Assembly: GCA_044225175.1 (NCBI GenBank)
Contig: JBGAJA010000007.1
Location: 13,492-77,491, forward strand
Direction: 5' to 3'
Source of the DNA: Candidatus Omnitrophota bacterium
GTDB lineage: Bacteria; Omnitrophota; Gorgyraeia; Zapsychrales; Fredricksoniimonadaceae
Length of the DNA: 64,000 nt
Shown here: in pieces, positions 23,147 to 34,188 of the stretch
How positions within the stretch are numbered: position 1 is the stretch's first letter
How the letters are laid out: each line of letters opens with the position of its first letter
Made by a program: the position numbers and the translations under genes
The notes under the pieces: model-generated
Told to the model about the DNA's origin: nothing
The model's database searches: none
The model's input: the letters and a program-made list of their open reading frames with translations, nothing else

Positions 23147-23770
23147 ATGCCAGAATTAAATGTTGTAGATAGTAAAGGTAAAAAAGCTAATAGCATTGAA
23201 CTTCCAAAAGAGAAATTCGGTGTTCATGTTAATGATGCGGTTATTCATCAAGCAGTTGTGATGTATCATGCTAATACTCGTCAAGGAACGGTTTCTACCA
23301 AAGGTCGTGCTGAAGTTTCCGGTGGTGGAAAAAAACCCTGGCGTCAAAAGGGAACAGGTCGTGCTCGTGCTGGATCCAGCCGTTCTCCTTTGTGGAAAAA
23401 AGGTGGTATTACTTTTGGCCCAAAACCAAGAGATTTCTCGATTGAAGTTCCTAAGAAAGTTCGTATTGCTGCGCTGAGAGAATCTTTAAATGCAAAATTC
23501 TTAAATAATGAACTTATCTGTGTAGATAATGTTGATGTAACATCTGGAAAGACAAAAGAGTTTGCAAAAATTCTAGAAAATTTAAAACTTACTGGCAGAG
23601 TCTTAGCTATTTTAGATGGTTGTGATGAAAAAACATTCTTAGCATCACGTAACATTGCGCGTTTGAAATTAAATCGTGCTAGTGATGTGACAGCCCGCGA
23701 TATTTTAAGCAATAAGAACTTATTAGTAACCAAAACGGCCTTAGAAACATTACTTAAGAGAATTCAATAA
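23147..23770 (+). CDS. rplD: 50S ribosomal protein L4
   Basis: S10-operon order; L4-like sequence. Confidence 0.9.
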   Translation: MPELNVVDSKGKKANSIELPKEKFGVHVNDAVIHQAVVMYHANTRQGTVSTKGRAEVSGGGKKPWRQKGTGRARAGSSRSPLWKKGGITFGPKPRDFSIEVPKKVRIAALRESLNAKFLNNELICVDNVDVTSGKTKEFAKILENLKLTGRVLAILDGCDEKTFLASRNIARLKLNRASDVTARDILSNKNLLVTKTALETLLKRIQ

Positions 23771-24048
23771 TGATTACTTCATACGATATTATCAAAGGTT
23801 TAGTGCGTACTGAAAAAAGTACAGATCAAGAAAAGCAACGTAAATATTTATTTCGTGTAGCAACTGATGCTACGAAAATTGATATTAGGCGTGCTGTTCA
23901 GGAAATTTACAAAGTTAAAGTCCAAGATGTCAATACCGTTCATGTGATTGGAAAATTAAAGCGTGTGCGTGTGAGATCTGGATATACTACTTCCTGGAAA
24001 AAAGCTATTGTCTCTTTACAAGAGGGACAAAAAATTGAGGTTGCATAA
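23770..24048 (+). CDS. rplW: 50S ribosomal protein L23
   Basis: S10-operon order; L23-like sequence. Confidence 0.9.
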   Translation: MITSYDIIKGLVRTEKSTDQEKQRKYLFRVATDATKIDIRRAVQEIYKVKVQDVNTVHVIGKLKRVRVRSGYTTSWKKAIVSLQEGQKIEVA

Positions 24049-24887
24049 TGGGTATTCGTCGATTTAAACCTATTACTAACGGTCTTCGTCACGCAGCACT
24101 TCCAGATTTCGCTGAAATCACAAAGGGTAAGCCGGAGAAGTCTTTATTACGTCCTTTGAAGAGTTCAGGTGGTCGTAACTCTTATGGTCGTATCACATCA
24201 AGACATCGTGGTGGTGGTCATAAACGTATGTATCGTGTGATTGACTTCAAACGTACTCGATTGGATGATATTGCGACTGTTCTAGCGATTGAGTATGATC
24301 CTAATAGAACATGTCGTATTGCACTTATTGAATATAAAAGTGATAAAACCAAATCTTATATTTTAGCTCCATTAGATTTAAAAGTAGGAGATCAAATTGT
24401 AAGTACCGATTCTGCAGATGTTGAAATTACTCCTGGAAATTGCTTGCCATTATCAAAAATTCCTTTAGGAACAGGGATCCATAATATTGAATTGAAAGCT
24501 GGCAAAGGTGGACAGATTGTTCGTTCAGCTGGGGCTACTGCTCAGTTGATTGCTCGTGAAGGGGCTTTTGCTCACGTCCGTCTTCCATCCAGTGAAGTTC
24601 GTAAAATTGCGGTCGAATGTCGTGCTACTATTGGGCAATTAAGCAATGTTGAAAATGAAACAGTTTCCATTGGTAAAGCAGGACGTAGTCGTTGGTTAGG
24701 TCGTCGTGGTCAATCTCGTGGTGTTGTTATGAACCCCGTAGATCACCCACACGGTGGTGGTGAAGGTAAAGCTCCACAAGGTAATCCTCATCCAGTTACA
24801 CCATGGGGTAAACCAACTAAAGGTGCTAAAACTCGTAAACCGAATAAATATTCTAATCACTTAATTGTCAGAAGAAGGACTAAATAA
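24048..24887 (+). CDS. rplB: 50S ribosomal protein L2
   Basis: ...[19 protein letters not shown]..., PHGGGEGK. Confidence 0.95.
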   Translation: MGIRRFKPITNGLRHAALPDFAEITKGKPEKSLLRPLKSSGGRNSYGRITSRHRGGGHKRMYRVIDFKRTRLDDIATVLAIEYDPNRTCRIALIEYKSDKTKSYILAPLDLKVGDQIVSTDSADVEITPGNCLPLSKIPLGTGIHNIELKAGKGGQIVRSAGATAQLIAREGAFAHVRLPSSEVRKIAVECRATIGQLSNVENETVSIGKAGRSRWLGRRGQSRGVVMNPVDHPHGGGEGKAPQGNPHPVTPWGKPTKGAKTRKPNKYSNHLIVRRRTK

Positions 24888-24890
24888 GCT

Positions 24891-25178
24891 ATGTCACGTT
24901 CCATTAAAAAAGGTGCATACGTCGAAGAATCTTTAAAACGCCGTTTTGATAAATCAGTAGCTAGCGGCACACGTCAACCCATTAAAACATGGTCTAGACG
25001 ATCAACAATTATTCCAGATTTTGTCGGATATTCTTTTGCTGTACATGATGGACGTAAACATATTCCTGTATTTGTTACAGAAAATATGGTTGGGATGAAG
25101 TTAGGGGATTTCGTCGGAACTAGAACATTTAAGGCGCATGGTGGTGTCAAAGCTAAAAAAGCCATGCAGAAGAAGTAA
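24891..25178 (+). CDS. rpsS: 30S ribosomal protein S19
   Basis: [11 protein letters not shown]..., HDGRKHIPV. Confidence 0.95.
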   Translation: MSRSIKKGAYVEESLKRRFDKSVASGTRQPIKTWSRRSTIIPDFVGYSFAVHDGRKHIPVFVTENMVGMKLGDFVGTRTFKAHGGVKAKKAMQKK

Positions 25179-25188
25179 GGACTGAACA

Positions 25189-25524
25189 ATGATCGCACAA
25201 GCCAGAGGAAAATTTTTAAGAGTTTCATCTATGAAAATGCGTCAAGTTATTGATGCTATTCGAGGAAAAGACATTGCAACATCACAAGTTCTTTTAGAGC
25301 AAATCCATAAAGGATCTTGTGCTTATGTAAAGAAGGTTTTAGATTCTGCAGTGAGCAATGCAAAACAAAAAGGTGTTACTGAGGAACAATTATTTATTTC
25401 TCGCATTACGGCAAATCATGGTGGGGCATGGAAACGTTTTAGGGCAGCTTCTTTTGGTCGTGCAACACCAATTTTGAGAAGGACCACTCATTTAACTGTT
25501 GAACTAGATCTTAAAACAAAATAG
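25189..25524 (+). CDS. rplV: 50S ribosomal protein L22
   Basis: Operon order; L22-like sequence. Confidence 0.9.
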   Translation: MIAQARGKFLRVSSMKMRQVIDAIRGKDIATSQVLLEQIHKGSCAYVKKVLDSAVSNAKQKGVTEEQLFISRITANHGGAWKRFRAASFGRATPILRRTTHLTVELDLKTK

Positions 25525-25535
25525 GAGAAATTCAC

Positions 25536-26270
25536 GTGGGACAAAAAGTTAGTCCGTTAGCATTGAGACTTGGTTATACAAAAAATTGGCGAAGCCTTTG
25601 GTTTGCAGAACGCCGTGAGTTTTCTAAAAATATTCAAGAAGACTATAAGATTCGTAAATATATTAATGCTAAATTTAAACAAGCTGCTGTTTCATTAATT
25701 GTTATTGAACGTTTGGCTGATCAGATTAAAATTCGCATTCATTCTGCTCGTCCAGGTGTAATTATTGGTCGTCGTGGTGCTGATATTGATCGTTTACGTG
25801 GAGATTTAGGCGGTATTACAAAGAGAGAAATTCAAGTCGACATACAAGAAATTAAGAATCCATCTATTGATGCGCAATTGGTTTCTCAGAATGTTGCTTT
25901 CCAATTAGAAAAACGCGTTGCTTTTAGACGTGCTATGAAACGTGCTATGGAACAAGCTCGCGCTTCTGGAGCAAAAGGTATTAAGATTCGTTGCTCAGGT
26001 CGTTTAGGGGGCGCTGAAATGGCTCGTACCGAAAAATATTATGAAGGTAAGGTTCCTTTACAAACTTTGAGAGCAGATATTGATTATGGTTTTTCGGAAG
26101 CCTTAACAACATATGGGCTTTTGGGTGTTAAAGTTTGGATTTATAAAGGGGACGTGATTAAGGATCAAGAAGAAATTGAGGCGTTAGCAGCTGCGCAAAC
26201 TCAAACACAGCCACAGACAGCAGTTGTATCTGCAGTCGAAGCCGTCCCAGAAACTCAAAGCGTTAATTGA
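25536..26270 (+). CDS. rpsC: 30S ribosomal protein S3 (GTG start; Q/T-rich C-terminal tail)
   Basis: MGQKVSPLALRLGYTKNW... Confidence 0.93.
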   Translation: MGQKVSPLALRLGYTKNWRSLWFAERREFSKNIQEDYKIRKYINAKFKQAAVSLIVIERLADQIKIRIHSARPGVIIGRRGADIDRLRGDLGGITKREIQVDIQEIKNPSIDAQLVSQNVAFQLEKRVAFRRAMKRAMEQARASGAKGIKIRCSGRLGGAEMARTEKYYEGKVPLQTLRADIDYGFSEALTTYGLLGVKVWIYKGDVIKDQEEIEALAAAQTQTQPQTAVVSAVEAVPETQSVN

Positions 26271-26289
26271 TTAGAGAAGAGGAAATAGT

Positions 26290-26706
26290 ATGTTGTTAAT
26301 GCCAAAAAGAGTAAAATTTCGTAAAAGTCAAAAAGGTAAAACCCGTGGTATTGCTGTTAAGGGAAGTCAAATGCATTTTGGTGAGTTTGGTCTTAAAGCT
26401 TTAGAAAATGGATTTATTCCATCTCGTCAATTAGAAGCATCTCGTGTTGTAGTTGCTCGTAAATTACGTGGTACAGGCAAGCTTTGGATCAATGCTTTTC
26501 CACATAAATCAATTACCAAGAAACCTGCTGAAGTTCGTATGGGTAAAGGTAAAGGAGATATAGATCATTGGACAGCTGTAGTTCGTCGTGGAAAGATTGT
26601 TTTTGAATTAGGGGGTGTTCCTGAAGATTTTGCTAAACAAGTTTTACGTTTGGTTGCTTTTAAATTGTCTGTAAAGACTAAGTTTGTAACTCGTGGGGAG
26701 CATTGA
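26290..26706 (+). CDS. rplP: 50S ribosomal protein L16
   Basis: [12 protein letters not shown]... Confidence 0.95.
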   Translation: MLLMPKRVKFRKSQKGKTRGIAVKGSQMHFGEFGLKALENGFIPSRQLEASRVVVARKLRGTGKLWINAFPHKSITKKPAEVRMGKGKGDIDHWTAVVRRGKIVFELGGVPEDFAKQVLRLVAFKLSVKTKFVTRGEH

Positions 26707-26912
26707 TTATGAAACATAAAGATTTAAAAGAATTTAATGATCAAGAATTAGCTGAAAAAGAAACTCAGCTAAAAAAAGAACTCTTTGAGCTTAATGGTCA
26801 ACGTCAATTGGGTCGTGTTGAAAAGCCGGCAAGTTTTCGTACTATTAAAAGAGATATTGCCCGTATTTTAACAGTTTTAAGTGAAAGAAAAAATCATGGA
26901 AAAAAGAATTAA
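26703..26912 (+). CDS. rpmC: 50S ribosomal protein L29
   Basis: Operon order; 69 aa. Confidence 0.85.
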   Translation: MIMKHKDLKEFNDQELAEKETQLKKELFELNGQRQLGRVEKPASFRTIKRDIARILTVLSERKNHGKKN

Positions 26913-27159
26913 TCGTCGTCGATTACTGACTGCAACCGTCGTAAGTGACAAAATGGATAAGACTAGAGTGGTTAAAGTGCAGAATGTTGCTAAGCATGCT
27001 AAATATTTAAAACCAGTGAGAAGTATAGCTACTTTCAAAGCGCATGATGAAAAAAACAGTACTAAAGTAGGCGATATAGTTCGCATCATGGAAACTCGTC
27101 CTTTATCAAAAGATAAACGTTGGATTATTCAAGAAGTCGTTGCCGGATCAAAAGCATAA
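26896..27159 (+). CDS. rpsQ: 30S ribosomal protein S17 (start taken at the ATG at 26896; 17-nt overlap with rpmC)
   Basis: MEKRINRRRLLTATVVSDKMDKTRVVKV... Confidence 0.85.
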   Translation: MEKRINRRRLLTATVVSDKMDKTRVVKVQNVAKHAKYLKPVRSIATFKAHDEKNSTKVGDIVRIMETRPLSKDKRWIIQEVVAGSKA

Positions 27160-27175
27160 AGAGCGGAGTAATATT

Positions 27176-27544
27176 ATGATTCAACTTAAAACAATTTTAG
27201 ATGTAGCTGATAACACTGGAGCTCGTAAGGCTTCTGTAATCAGTGTTTTAAAAAGTAAGGGGAAGATGTGGGCGCAAATAGGTGATATTGTGAGAGTTAA
27301 TATTAAAGAAAGTGCTCCAGAGGCGGCTGTAAAAAAAGGAACGATGGCAAAAGGCATTGTTGTTCGCACTACAAAACAAACCCGTCGCTCTGATGGTACA
27401 TATGTGCGTTTTGATAGTAACGCTGTTGTTATTATTGATGATGCTGGAAATCCTAAAGGTACTCGTGTATTTGGTCCAGTTGCACGCGAGCTTCGTAATA
27501 TGGATTATATGAAAATAATTTCTTTAGCACCTGAGGTTGTTTAA
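27176..27544 (+). CDS. rplN: 50S ribosomal protein L14 (start at MIQ, ATG 27176)
   Basis: MIQLKTILDVADNTGARK... Confidence 0.93.
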   Translation: MIQLKTILDVADNTGARKASVISVLKSKGKMWAQIGDIVRVNIKESAPEAAVKKGTMAKGIVVRTTKQTRRSDGTYVRFDSNAVVIIDDAGNPKGTRVFGPVARELRNMDYMKIISLAPEVV

Positions 27545-27545
27545 T

Positions 27546-27857
27546 ATGTTACGCATAAAAAAAGATGATCAAGTCATGGTAATGGTAGGCAAGGAAAAGG
27601 GAAAGACTGGCAAAGTTGTTCGTGTGTTTCCAAAAGAAAACCAAGCCATTGTAGAAAATTTAAATATCATTAAACGTTCTGTTAAAAAGAGCGATACATT
27701 TCCACAGGGTGGTTATGTAGAAAAAGAGAAACCAATTGCATTAGCTAATTTAATGATTTTGGATAAGAAAGAAAATAAGCCTACCCGTTTTCAAGCTAAA
27801 GTGTTGAAAGATGGTTCAAAGCTTCGTATCGCAAAATCAAATGGTGAAACAATTTAA
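27546..27857 (+). CDS. rplX: 50S ribosomal protein L24
   Basis: MLRIKKDDQVMVMVGKEKGKTGKV (KOW domain). Confidence 0.9.
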   Translation: MLRIKKDDQVMVMVGKEKGKTGKVVRVFPKENQAIVENLNIIKRSVKKSDTFPQGGYVEKEKPIALANLMILDKKENKPTRFQAKVLKDGSKLRIAKSNGETI

Positions 27858-27877
27858 GAAAACAAGAGGTTATCAAA

Positions 27878-28447
27878 GTGCCAGCTCGTTTATTAGAAAA
27901 ATATCGTAAAGAAGTAATTCCAGAAATTCAAAAGAAATTTGAAGTCACAAACCCTATGGCTGTTGCCCATTTAGAAAAAGTGGTTGTCAACATGGGGGTT
28001 GGAGAAGCTATTAGCGACGTCAAGATTCTTGATCGTGCTGCGGCTGATTTAGCTTTAATTACAGGCCAAAAGCCAATCCTGCGTCGAGCAAAGAAAGCTA
28101 TTTCTAATTTTAAATTACGTGAAAATTTACCTGTGGGCTGTAAGGTAACATTGCGCCGTGCCCGTATGTATGAATTTGTTGATCGTTTAGTGAATGTCTC
28201 TTTGCCTCGTATCCGTGACTTTAATGGGACTTCTCGTAAAGCTTTTGATCGTGAAGGGAATTACACTTTAGGCATTACTGATCAGGGTATTTTTCCTGAA
28301 ATTGATCCTGGTGCTCGCGATCATCGTATTCAAGGGATGGATATTACCTTTGTTTTTAGAAATGGTAATAAAGATCAAAATTTCGAAGTTTTAAGATTGT
28401 TAGGCATGCCTTTTGCTAAAGAACCTAATAAGGAAAAAGCTGGATAA
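27878..28447 (+). CDS. rplE: 50S ribosomal protein L5 (GTG start)
   Basis: Operon order; L5-like sequence. Confidence 0.9.
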   Translation: MPARLLEKYRKEVIPEIQKKFEVTNPMAVAHLEKVVVNMGVGEAISDVKILDRAAADLALITGQKPILRRAKKAISNFKLRENLPVGCKVTLRRARMYEFVDRLVNVSLPRIRDFNGTSRKAFDREGNYTLGITDQGIFPEIDPGARDHRIQGMDITFVFRNGNKDQNFEVLRLLGMPFAKEPNKEKAG

Positions 28448-28451
28448 AATT

Positions 28452-28637
28452 ATGGCTAAAAAAGGATTAGTAAATAAATCATTACAAGAACCAAAGTTTT
28501 CAGTCCGTCAGCACAACCGCTGTGGACTTTGCGGCCGCTCACGCGGATATTTAAGACGCTTCGGTGTCTGCCGCATATGTTTTAGAGAACTTGCCTGGAA
28601 GGGTGAAATTCCAGGAGTTAAGAAAGCGAGCTGGTAG
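28452..28637 (+). CDS. rpsZ: 30S ribosomal protein S14 type Z (zinc-binding, 61 aa)
   Basis: MAKKGLVNK...[23 protein letters not shown] has the Cys4 zinc motif of the short S14 form. Confidence 0.9.
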   Translation: MAKKGLVNKSLQEPKFSVRQHNRCGLCGRSRGYLRRFGVCRICFRELAWKGEIPGVKKASW

Positions 28638-29033
28638 ATGTCAGTTTCAGATCCAATTGCCGATACACTAACCATTATTCGTAATGCAATTCACGTCAAG
28701 AAAGAAACCGTTGAGTTTCGAGCTTCTAAATTGCTAGAACGTATTCTCATTATTTTTAAGAATGATGGTTACATTGAAGATTTTCGTCTTCTGAAAGATG
28801 ATAAGCAGGGAATTTTGAAGGTTTATTTAAAGTATGACAACAATCAACCATCTATTATGGGAATCAAACGTGTCTCGAGACCAGGTTTAAGAGTTTATGC
28901 AGACAATGCTAGAATTCCTCGTATTCTTAATGGTTTAGGTACAGCCATCTTATCTACTTCTAAGGGAGTTATTTCTGATCGTGAAGCTAGAAAACTTAAA
29001 GTTGGTGGTGAAGTTATCTGTGCGATTTGGTAA
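28638..29033 (+). CDS. rpsH: 30S ribosomal protein S8
   Basis: MSVSDPIADTLTIIRNA... Confidence 0.95.
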   Translation: MSVSDPIADTLTIIRNAIHVKKETVEFRASKLLERILIIFKNDGYIEDFRLLKDDKQGILKVYLKYDNNQPSIMGIKRVSRPGLRVYADNARIPRILNGLGTAILSTSKGVISDREARKLKVGGEVICAIW

Positions 29034-29051
29034 AAATAAAGGAATATTGTA

Positions 29052-29591
29052 ATGTCTAGAATTGCTAAAACCCCAGTGATTGTTCCAAAAAATGTTAAGA
29101 TTGCTTTCGATGCCAGTAAAGTTAATGTCGAAGGACCAAAGGGTAAATTGTCTATTAATTTACCCGCAGGCGTCAAGCTTGAACAAAAAGAGGATCAACT
29201 TTTTGTTAATCGTTTAAATAATACTAAACAATCAAAATCCAATCACGGTACCACCAAAAGATTGATTGTCAATATGTGTGATGGTGTAACTAATGGACAC
29301 AGAAAAGACTTAGAAGTTCAGGGAGTTGGTTTTCGTGTTGCTGTTCAAGGGCAAAAACTTGTATTAAACGTTGGTTTTTCTCATCCAGTAGAATTTGAGA
29401 TTCCCAAAGATGTTAAAGTAACAGCTGCCAAACCAACAGAAATTTCTGTCGAAGGTGTTGATAAGGCTTTAGTTGGTTTAGTTGCAGCAAAGATTCGTCA
29501 AATCAAACCTCCAGAACCTTATAAGGGTAAAGGTATCCGATATCAAGGTGAAGTCGTCAGACGTAAACAAGGTAAACAAGTTACCAAGTAA
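29052..29591 (+). CDS. rplF: 50S ribosomal protein L6
   Basis: MSRIAKTPVIVPKNVK... Confidence 0.93.
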   Translation: MSRIAKTPVIVPKNVKIAFDASKVNVEGPKGKLSINLPAGVKLEQKEDQLFVNRLNNTKQSKSNHGTTKRLIVNMCDGVTNGHRKDLEVQGVGFRVAVQGQKLVLNVGFSHPVEFEIPKDVKVTAAKPTEISVEGVDKALVGLVAAKIRQIKPPEPYKGKGIRYQGEVVRRKQGKQVTK

Positions 29592-29607
29592 AATAAAGGG
29601 TAGTGAT

Positions 29608-29970
29608 ATGTTAAGTATTAAAGAACAACAAAGGCTTTTTAGACATGAGCGTCTTCGTAAAAATATTGTAGGAACATCAGTTCGTCCACGTTTATGTCTT
29701 CATAAAAGTGTAAATAACATTCAAGCTCAAATTATTGATGATTCGATTGGAAAAGTAATTTTAGGTAAGTCTACATTAGCTAAAGATGTTCGGTCTAAAA
29801 TCAAAACGGGTGGTAATGTTAATGCTGCTCAGATTTTAGGTGAAGCATTGGCAGCTGAAGCAGTAAAAAAAGGTATAACAAAAGTTTGTTTTGATCGTGG
29901 CGGATATATGTATCATGGCCGTATTAAAGCTTTTGCCGAAGCCGCACGTAAAGCTGGATTGGAGTTTTAA
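29608..29970 (+). CDS. rplR: 50S ribosomal protein L18 (start taken at the ATG at 29608)
   Basis: MLSIKEQQRLFRHERLRK...RPRLCLHKS... Confidence 0.9.
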   Translation: MLSIKEQQRLFRHERLRKNIVGTSVRPRLCLHKSVNNIQAQIIDDSIGKVILGKSTLAKDVRSKIKTGGNVNAAQILGEALAAEAVKKGITKVCFDRGGYMYHGRIKAFAEAARKAGLEF

Positions 29971-29973
29971 TCA

Positions 29974-30621
29974 ATGAAAGAAAATAAGAAAAACGAAGAC
30001 CCAAACGAACAAGAAGTCAAGAATGTTGCTCAGGCTGAGCAAATACTTGAACAAGAAGAAGCTTTAAAGAAGGCCCCGGCTGATGAAGTTGTTGCGGGAC
30101 CTGCTCCAACAAAGGGTGGTCGTAGGCGTGGTGGAGAAAGAGAACGTAAGCCAGCTGCTAAGAAGTCTTCTTTAACTGATAGCGGTTTAATTGAGAAAGT
30201 TGTATCCATTAATCGTGTTTCTAAGACTACAAAAGGTGGAACTCGTTTGGCTTTTTCAGCTTTAGTGGTTGTTGGTGATGCAAAGGGAAAAGTTGGATAT
30301 GGATTAGGCAAAGCTTCTGAAGTTGCAACTGCAATTAAAAAAGGTCTTAATGCTGCACGTAAAAGTATGATCTTAATCAATCGTCGTGGAACAACAATTA
30401 CTCATCAGATTTTGGGTGAATGTGGTTCAGCTAGCGTTCTTCTTAAGCCTGCATCTGAAGGTACGGGCGTTATTGCTTCTGGTGCTGTCCGCGCTGTTTG
30501 TGACGGAGCAGGAATTACAAATATTTTGACAAAATGTCATCGTTCTAACAATCCAATCAATGTTGTTAAAGCAACGTTTGATGGATTATCACGTTTGAAA
30601 ATTTATAAAGAAAATAATTAA
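29974..30621 (+). CDS. rpsE: 30S ribosomal protein S5 with a ~50-aa charged N-terminal extension
   Basis: S5 core (...EKVVSINRVSKTTKGG...) preceded by a KE/R-rich extension. Confidence 0.9.
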   Translation: MKENKKNEDPNEQEVKNVAQAEQILEQEEALKKAPADEVVAGPAPTKGGRRRGGERERKPAAKKSSLTDSGLIEKVVSINRVSKTTKGGTRLAFSALVVVGDAKGKVGYGLGKASEVATAIKKGLNAARKSMILINRRGTTITHQILGECGSASVLLKPASEGTGVIASGAVRAVCDGAGITNILTKCHRSNNPINVVKATFDGLSRLKIYKENN

Positions 30622-30630
30622 GGAACTCAT

Positions 30631-31080
30631 ATGCAATTGCATCAAGTTAGATCTCCTGCAGGTTCTCGTAAGCGTAAAGTTATTGTTGGTCGTGGTCGTG
30701 GGTCGGGCCATGGTAAACGTTCTGGTAAAGGACAAACTGGTCAGAATTCTCGATCTGGTCGTGCTGTCATGTCAGGGTATGAAGGTGGGCAAATGCGCCT
30801 GTTGCGTCGTTTGCCAAAAGTTGGATTCAACAGCAAATGGCCAGCAGATTATCAAATTGTTAATATCGAATCATTAAATAATTTCAGCGATGGCACTACC
30901 GTTAATCCTGAATTGTTAAAAAGCAAAAATTTAATTAAAACACTTCGTCGACCGGTCAAAATTCTAAGTGAAGGGGCAGTTACTAAGAAGCTAACAGTTG
31001 TGGCTCATCGTTTTTCAAAAACTGCTTCTGATGCGATCACTAAAGCGGGCGGAAAAGTTCAAGTGATTGGAAAAGAATAA
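30631..31080 (+). CDS. rplO: 50S ribosomal protein L15 (follows rpsE directly; no L30 gene)
   Basis: MQLHQVRSPAGSRKRKVIVGRGRGSGHGKRSGKG. Confidence 0.93.
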   Translation: MQLHQVRSPAGSRKRKVIVGRGRGSGHGKRSGKGQTGQNSRSGRAVMSGYEGGQMRLLRRLPKVGFNSKWPADYQIVNIESLNNFSDGTTVNPELLKSKNLIKTLRRPVKILSEGAVTKKLTVVAHRFSKTASDAITKAGGKVQVIGKE

Positions 31081-31082
31081 GA

Positions 31083-32450
31083 ATGATTTCACAGTTTGTT
31101 AAAGGTTTTGCGAACTGTTTTAAAATTGAAGAGCTGCGTAATAAGATTTTATTTACCATTGGAATTATTGCCGTTTATCGTTTGGGATGTTATATCCCAA
31201 CCCCAGGCATCAATGGAGCAGCTTTAGCAGAGTTCTTTCAAAGAATGAACACGAATACCGGTGGTGGTAACGTGTTTGGAATTATGGATATGTTTTCGGG
31301 TGGGGCACTTGGGAAAATGACCATTTTCTCATTAGGGGTAATGCCTTATATCTCGAGTTCCATTATTATGCAGCTTTTGACAGCTGTTATTCCAGCTTTA
31401 GAAAAACTATCCAAAGAAGGCCAAGCGGGTTATAAGAAAATTAATCAATATACTCGTTATGGAACGGTTGGATTAGGTGCTATACAGTCATTTTTTATTG
31501 CTCTTTGGCTTGAAAGTCCGTCTACATTTGGTGGGTTACAAATTGTGAGTGATCCTGGTTGGGGTTTTCGTTTAACAACCATGGCTACCTTAACAACTGG
31601 AACTGTATTTTTAATGTGGCTAGGAGAGCGTATTCAAGAACGAGGTGTTGGAAATGGTACCTCGCTTATTATTACAGCAGGTATTTTATCCTCTGCTCCA
31701 ACAGCTTTTCATTATCTTAAACTTCTCTTATCACCTTCATCGGGTGGAGCGCAGCTTCAACCAATGGCTCTTGTTTTAATGATTTTCTTCCTAATCACGG
31801 TTATCTTAGGTGTCACATTAATTTCACAAGGACAAAGAAGAATTCCAGTTCAGTACGCAAGACGTACTGGTGGAACACAAGTGCCAGGAGCTCAGGGAGC
31901 AGGCACATTTATTCCTTTGAAGGTTGATACAGCAGGTATTATTGCTATTATTTTTGCACAGTCTATTATTTTGTTTCCAGCGACGATTGCCAGTTTTATG
32001 CCTAACTCCCATTTGCAGCATTTTGCAACTTGGATTTCTCGTGGGCATATGCTGTATTATTCTATTTATGGCTTTTTAATTATTTTCTTTTGTTATTTTT
32101 ATACTGCGATTGTGTTTAATCCTGTAGATGTTTCGGAAAATTTGAAGAAACATGGTGGATTTGTTCCAGGTATTCGTCCAGGAAAAGAAACAGCAGATTA
32201 TCTAGATTATGTTTTAACGCGTATTACGTTAGTAGGCTCTTTATTTATTTGTATTATTGCGGTTATGCCTGATGCCATTATGGCTTCATTTAAGGTGCCA
32301 TATCTTGTTGCATCATTCTTTGGTGGTACTGGGGTTTTGATTACTGTTGGGGTTATGTTAGATACTATGAAACAGATTGAATCTCATTTGCAGATGCACC
32401 ATTATGAAGGTTTTATGAAAACGGGTCGTCTGCGAGGTCGTACAACATGA
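31083..32450 (+). CDS. secY: Preprotein translocase subunit SecY
   Basis: 455 aa polytopic membrane protein in the conserved position. Confidence 0.95.
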   Translation: MISQFVKGFANCFKIEELRNKILFTIGIIAVYRLGCYIPTPGINGAALAEFFQRMNTNTGGGNVFGIMDMFSGGALGKMTIFSLGVMPYISSSIIMQLLTAVIPALEKLSKEGQAGYKKINQYTRYGTVGLGAIQSFFIALWLESPSTFGGLQIVSDPGWGFRLTTMATLTTGTVFLMWLGERIQERGVGNGTSLIITAGILSSAPTAFHYLKLLLSPSSGGAQLQPMALVLMIFFLITVILGVTLISQGQRRIPVQYARRTGGTQVPGAQGAGTFIPLKVDTAGIIAIIFAQSIILFPATIASFMPNSHLQHFATWISRGHMLYYSIYGFLIIFFCYFYTAIVFNPVDVSENLKKHGGFVPGIRPGKETADYLDYVLTRITLVGSLFICIIAVMPDAIMASFKVPYLVASFFGGTGVLITVGVMLDTMKQIESHLQMHHYEGFMKTGRLRGRTT

Positions 32451-33124
32451 GAATTGTTTTGTTAGGCCCTCCAGGGGCTGGGAAAGGTTCTTTGGCATCA
32501 TTAGTAAAAGAGACTGTCGCAATTGAGCATCTTTCCTCGGGAGATATGCTTCGTGAAGAAATGAAAAAAGGATCTGGTTTGGGCCTTGAAATTAAAGCTT
32601 TGATTGAAAAAGGTGTATTAGTTCCAGATGAGATGATTACTAAGTTAGTTGAGTTGAAGGTGACTGGAGATTTAAAGAATTCTAATGGTTATTTTTTAGA
32701 TGGTTTTCCAAGAACAACTCAGCAGGCTCGAGATTTAGATAAGATTCTAGCTAACATAGGTCAGCCAATTGATTTTGTTTTATGCATGGAAGCTAGCTTA
32801 GATATTATTTTAAAAAGATTAGCTGGCCGTCGACTATGTCGCAAATGTGGAGCAGTGTATCACATTCATAATAAACCTTCAAAAGTAAGTGCTGTATGTG
32901 ATGCTTGCGGGGGTGAATTATATCAACGTGCTGATGATAATGAAGAAACAATCAAGAAGCGTATGCAGGTGTATGAATCGAGCACTAAGCCAATTATTGA
33001 ATATTATGCGTCCCAAGGCAAATTGAAGAAAATTGATGGCAATAAAGAGACGGCTGATCTTAAAGATGAACTATTGAAGATTTTAAATGAAGACAAGTCA
33101 CATCAAAATCAAAACGTCAGATGA
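32447..33124 (+). CDS. adk: Adenylate kinase (zinc-lid type)
   Basis: GPPGAGKGS P-loop; CRKCG...CDACGG lid. Confidence 0.95.
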   Translation: MRIVLLGPPGAGKGSLASLVKETVAIEHLSSGDMLREEMKKGSGLGLEIKALIEKGVLVPDEMITKLVELKVTGDLKNSNGYFLDGFPRTTQQARDLDKILANIGQPIDFVLCMEASLDIILKRLAGRRLCRKCGAVYHIHNKPSKVSAVCDACGGELYQRADDNEETIKKRMQVYESSTKPIIEYYASQGKLKKIDGNKETADLKDELLKILNEDKSHQNQNVR

Positions 33125-33842
33125 AATTGACATTTTAAGAAAAGCTGGTAAGATTCTCGCCTCAATTATTAGAGAATTAAAGAGCTCTTTAACAGTAGGA
33201 ATGACGACTAAGGATATAGATGAACAAGCTTTTATCCTGATGCAGAAAAATGGTGTAAGGCCAGCATTTAAAGGTTATAGAGGCTTTCCAGCTAGTACAT
33301 GTATATCCGTCAATGAAGGCGTAGTGCATGGTATTCCCGGGCAGCGAGTAATTCGTAAAGGTGATATTGTTAGTATAGATGTAGGCATCATTTGCGAAGA
33401 TTATTATTCTGATACAGCATTGACAGTAGCGGTTGATCCAGTGAATCCTCAGTCTCAAAAACTTCTGCAAGTTACAGAAGATGCTCTTTATAAAGGAATT
33501 GAACAAGCTCGTGCTGGACGGCATTTATCAGATATATCATATGCAGTTCAGAGTTTTGTCGAATTAAATGGCTTTTCAGTAGTGAGAGATTTTGTTGGCC
33601 ATGGAATAGGTCGTCAGTTACATGAAGATCCGGAAATTCCAAATTATGGCCCAGCGCATGAAGGACCTATTTTAAAAGAAGGTATGGTATTGGCGATTGA
33701 GCCAATGGTTAATATGGGGGGTCGTCGTACCCGAGTCTTGAGTGATGGATGGACGGTTGTTACAGATGATGGTAAGCCTTCTGCCCACTTTGAACATTGT
33801 GTTTTAATTACAGCTAATGAAGCTGAAATATTAACACGCTAA
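33087..33842 (+). CDS. map: Methionine aminopeptidase type I
   Basis: M24A fold motifs ([23 protein letters not shown]). Confidence 0.9.
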   Translation: MKTSHIKIKTSDEIDILRKAGKILASIIRELKSSLTVGMTTKDIDEQAFILMQKNGVRPAFKGYRGFPASTCISVNEGVVHGIPGQRVIRKGDIVSIDVGIICEDYYSDTALTVAVDPVNPQSQKLLQVTEDALYKGIEQARAGRHLSDISYAVQSFVELNGFSVVRDFVGHGIGRQLHEDPEIPNYGPAHEGPILKEGMVLAIEPMVNMGGRRTRVLSDGWTVVTDDGKPSAHFEHCVLITANEAEILTR

Positions 33843-33844
33843 AT

Positions 33845-34063
33845 ATGGCCAAAGAAGATTTAATAGAAGTTGAAGGTACAATTGAAGAGGCGTTGCCCAA
33901 CGCAATGTTTAGGGTTGTGTTGGAGAATAACCATAAAGTATTGGCTCATGTGTCAGGTAAAATTAGAATGAATTTTATTCGTATTTTACCCGGAGATAAA
34001 GTTAAGCTTGAATTGTCTCCATATGATTTATCTCGTGGCCGAATAACGTTTCGCTTGAAATAG
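33845..34063 (+). CDS. infA: Translation initiation factor IF-1
   Basis: [53 protein letters not shown]. Confidence 0.95.
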   Translation: MAKEDLIEVEGTIEEALPNAMFRVVLENNHKVLAHVSGKIRMNFIRILPGDKVKLELSPYDLSRGRITFRLK

Positions 34064-34072
34064 GATATTAAA

Positions 34073-34186
34073 ATGAAAGTAAAATCATCAGTTAAAAGAA
34101 TTTGTGGAAGTTGTAAAATTGTTCGTCGATCAGGGGTTGTACGAGTGATTTGCTCTAACCCTAAACATAAGCAAAGACAAGGATAA
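34073..34186 (+). CDS. rpmJ: 50S ribosomal protein L36 (37 aa; absent from ORF track)
   Basis: [37 protein letters not shown]. Confidence 0.9.
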   Translation: MKVKSSVKRICGSCKIVRRSGVVRVICSNPKHKQRQG

Positions 34187-34188
34187 TT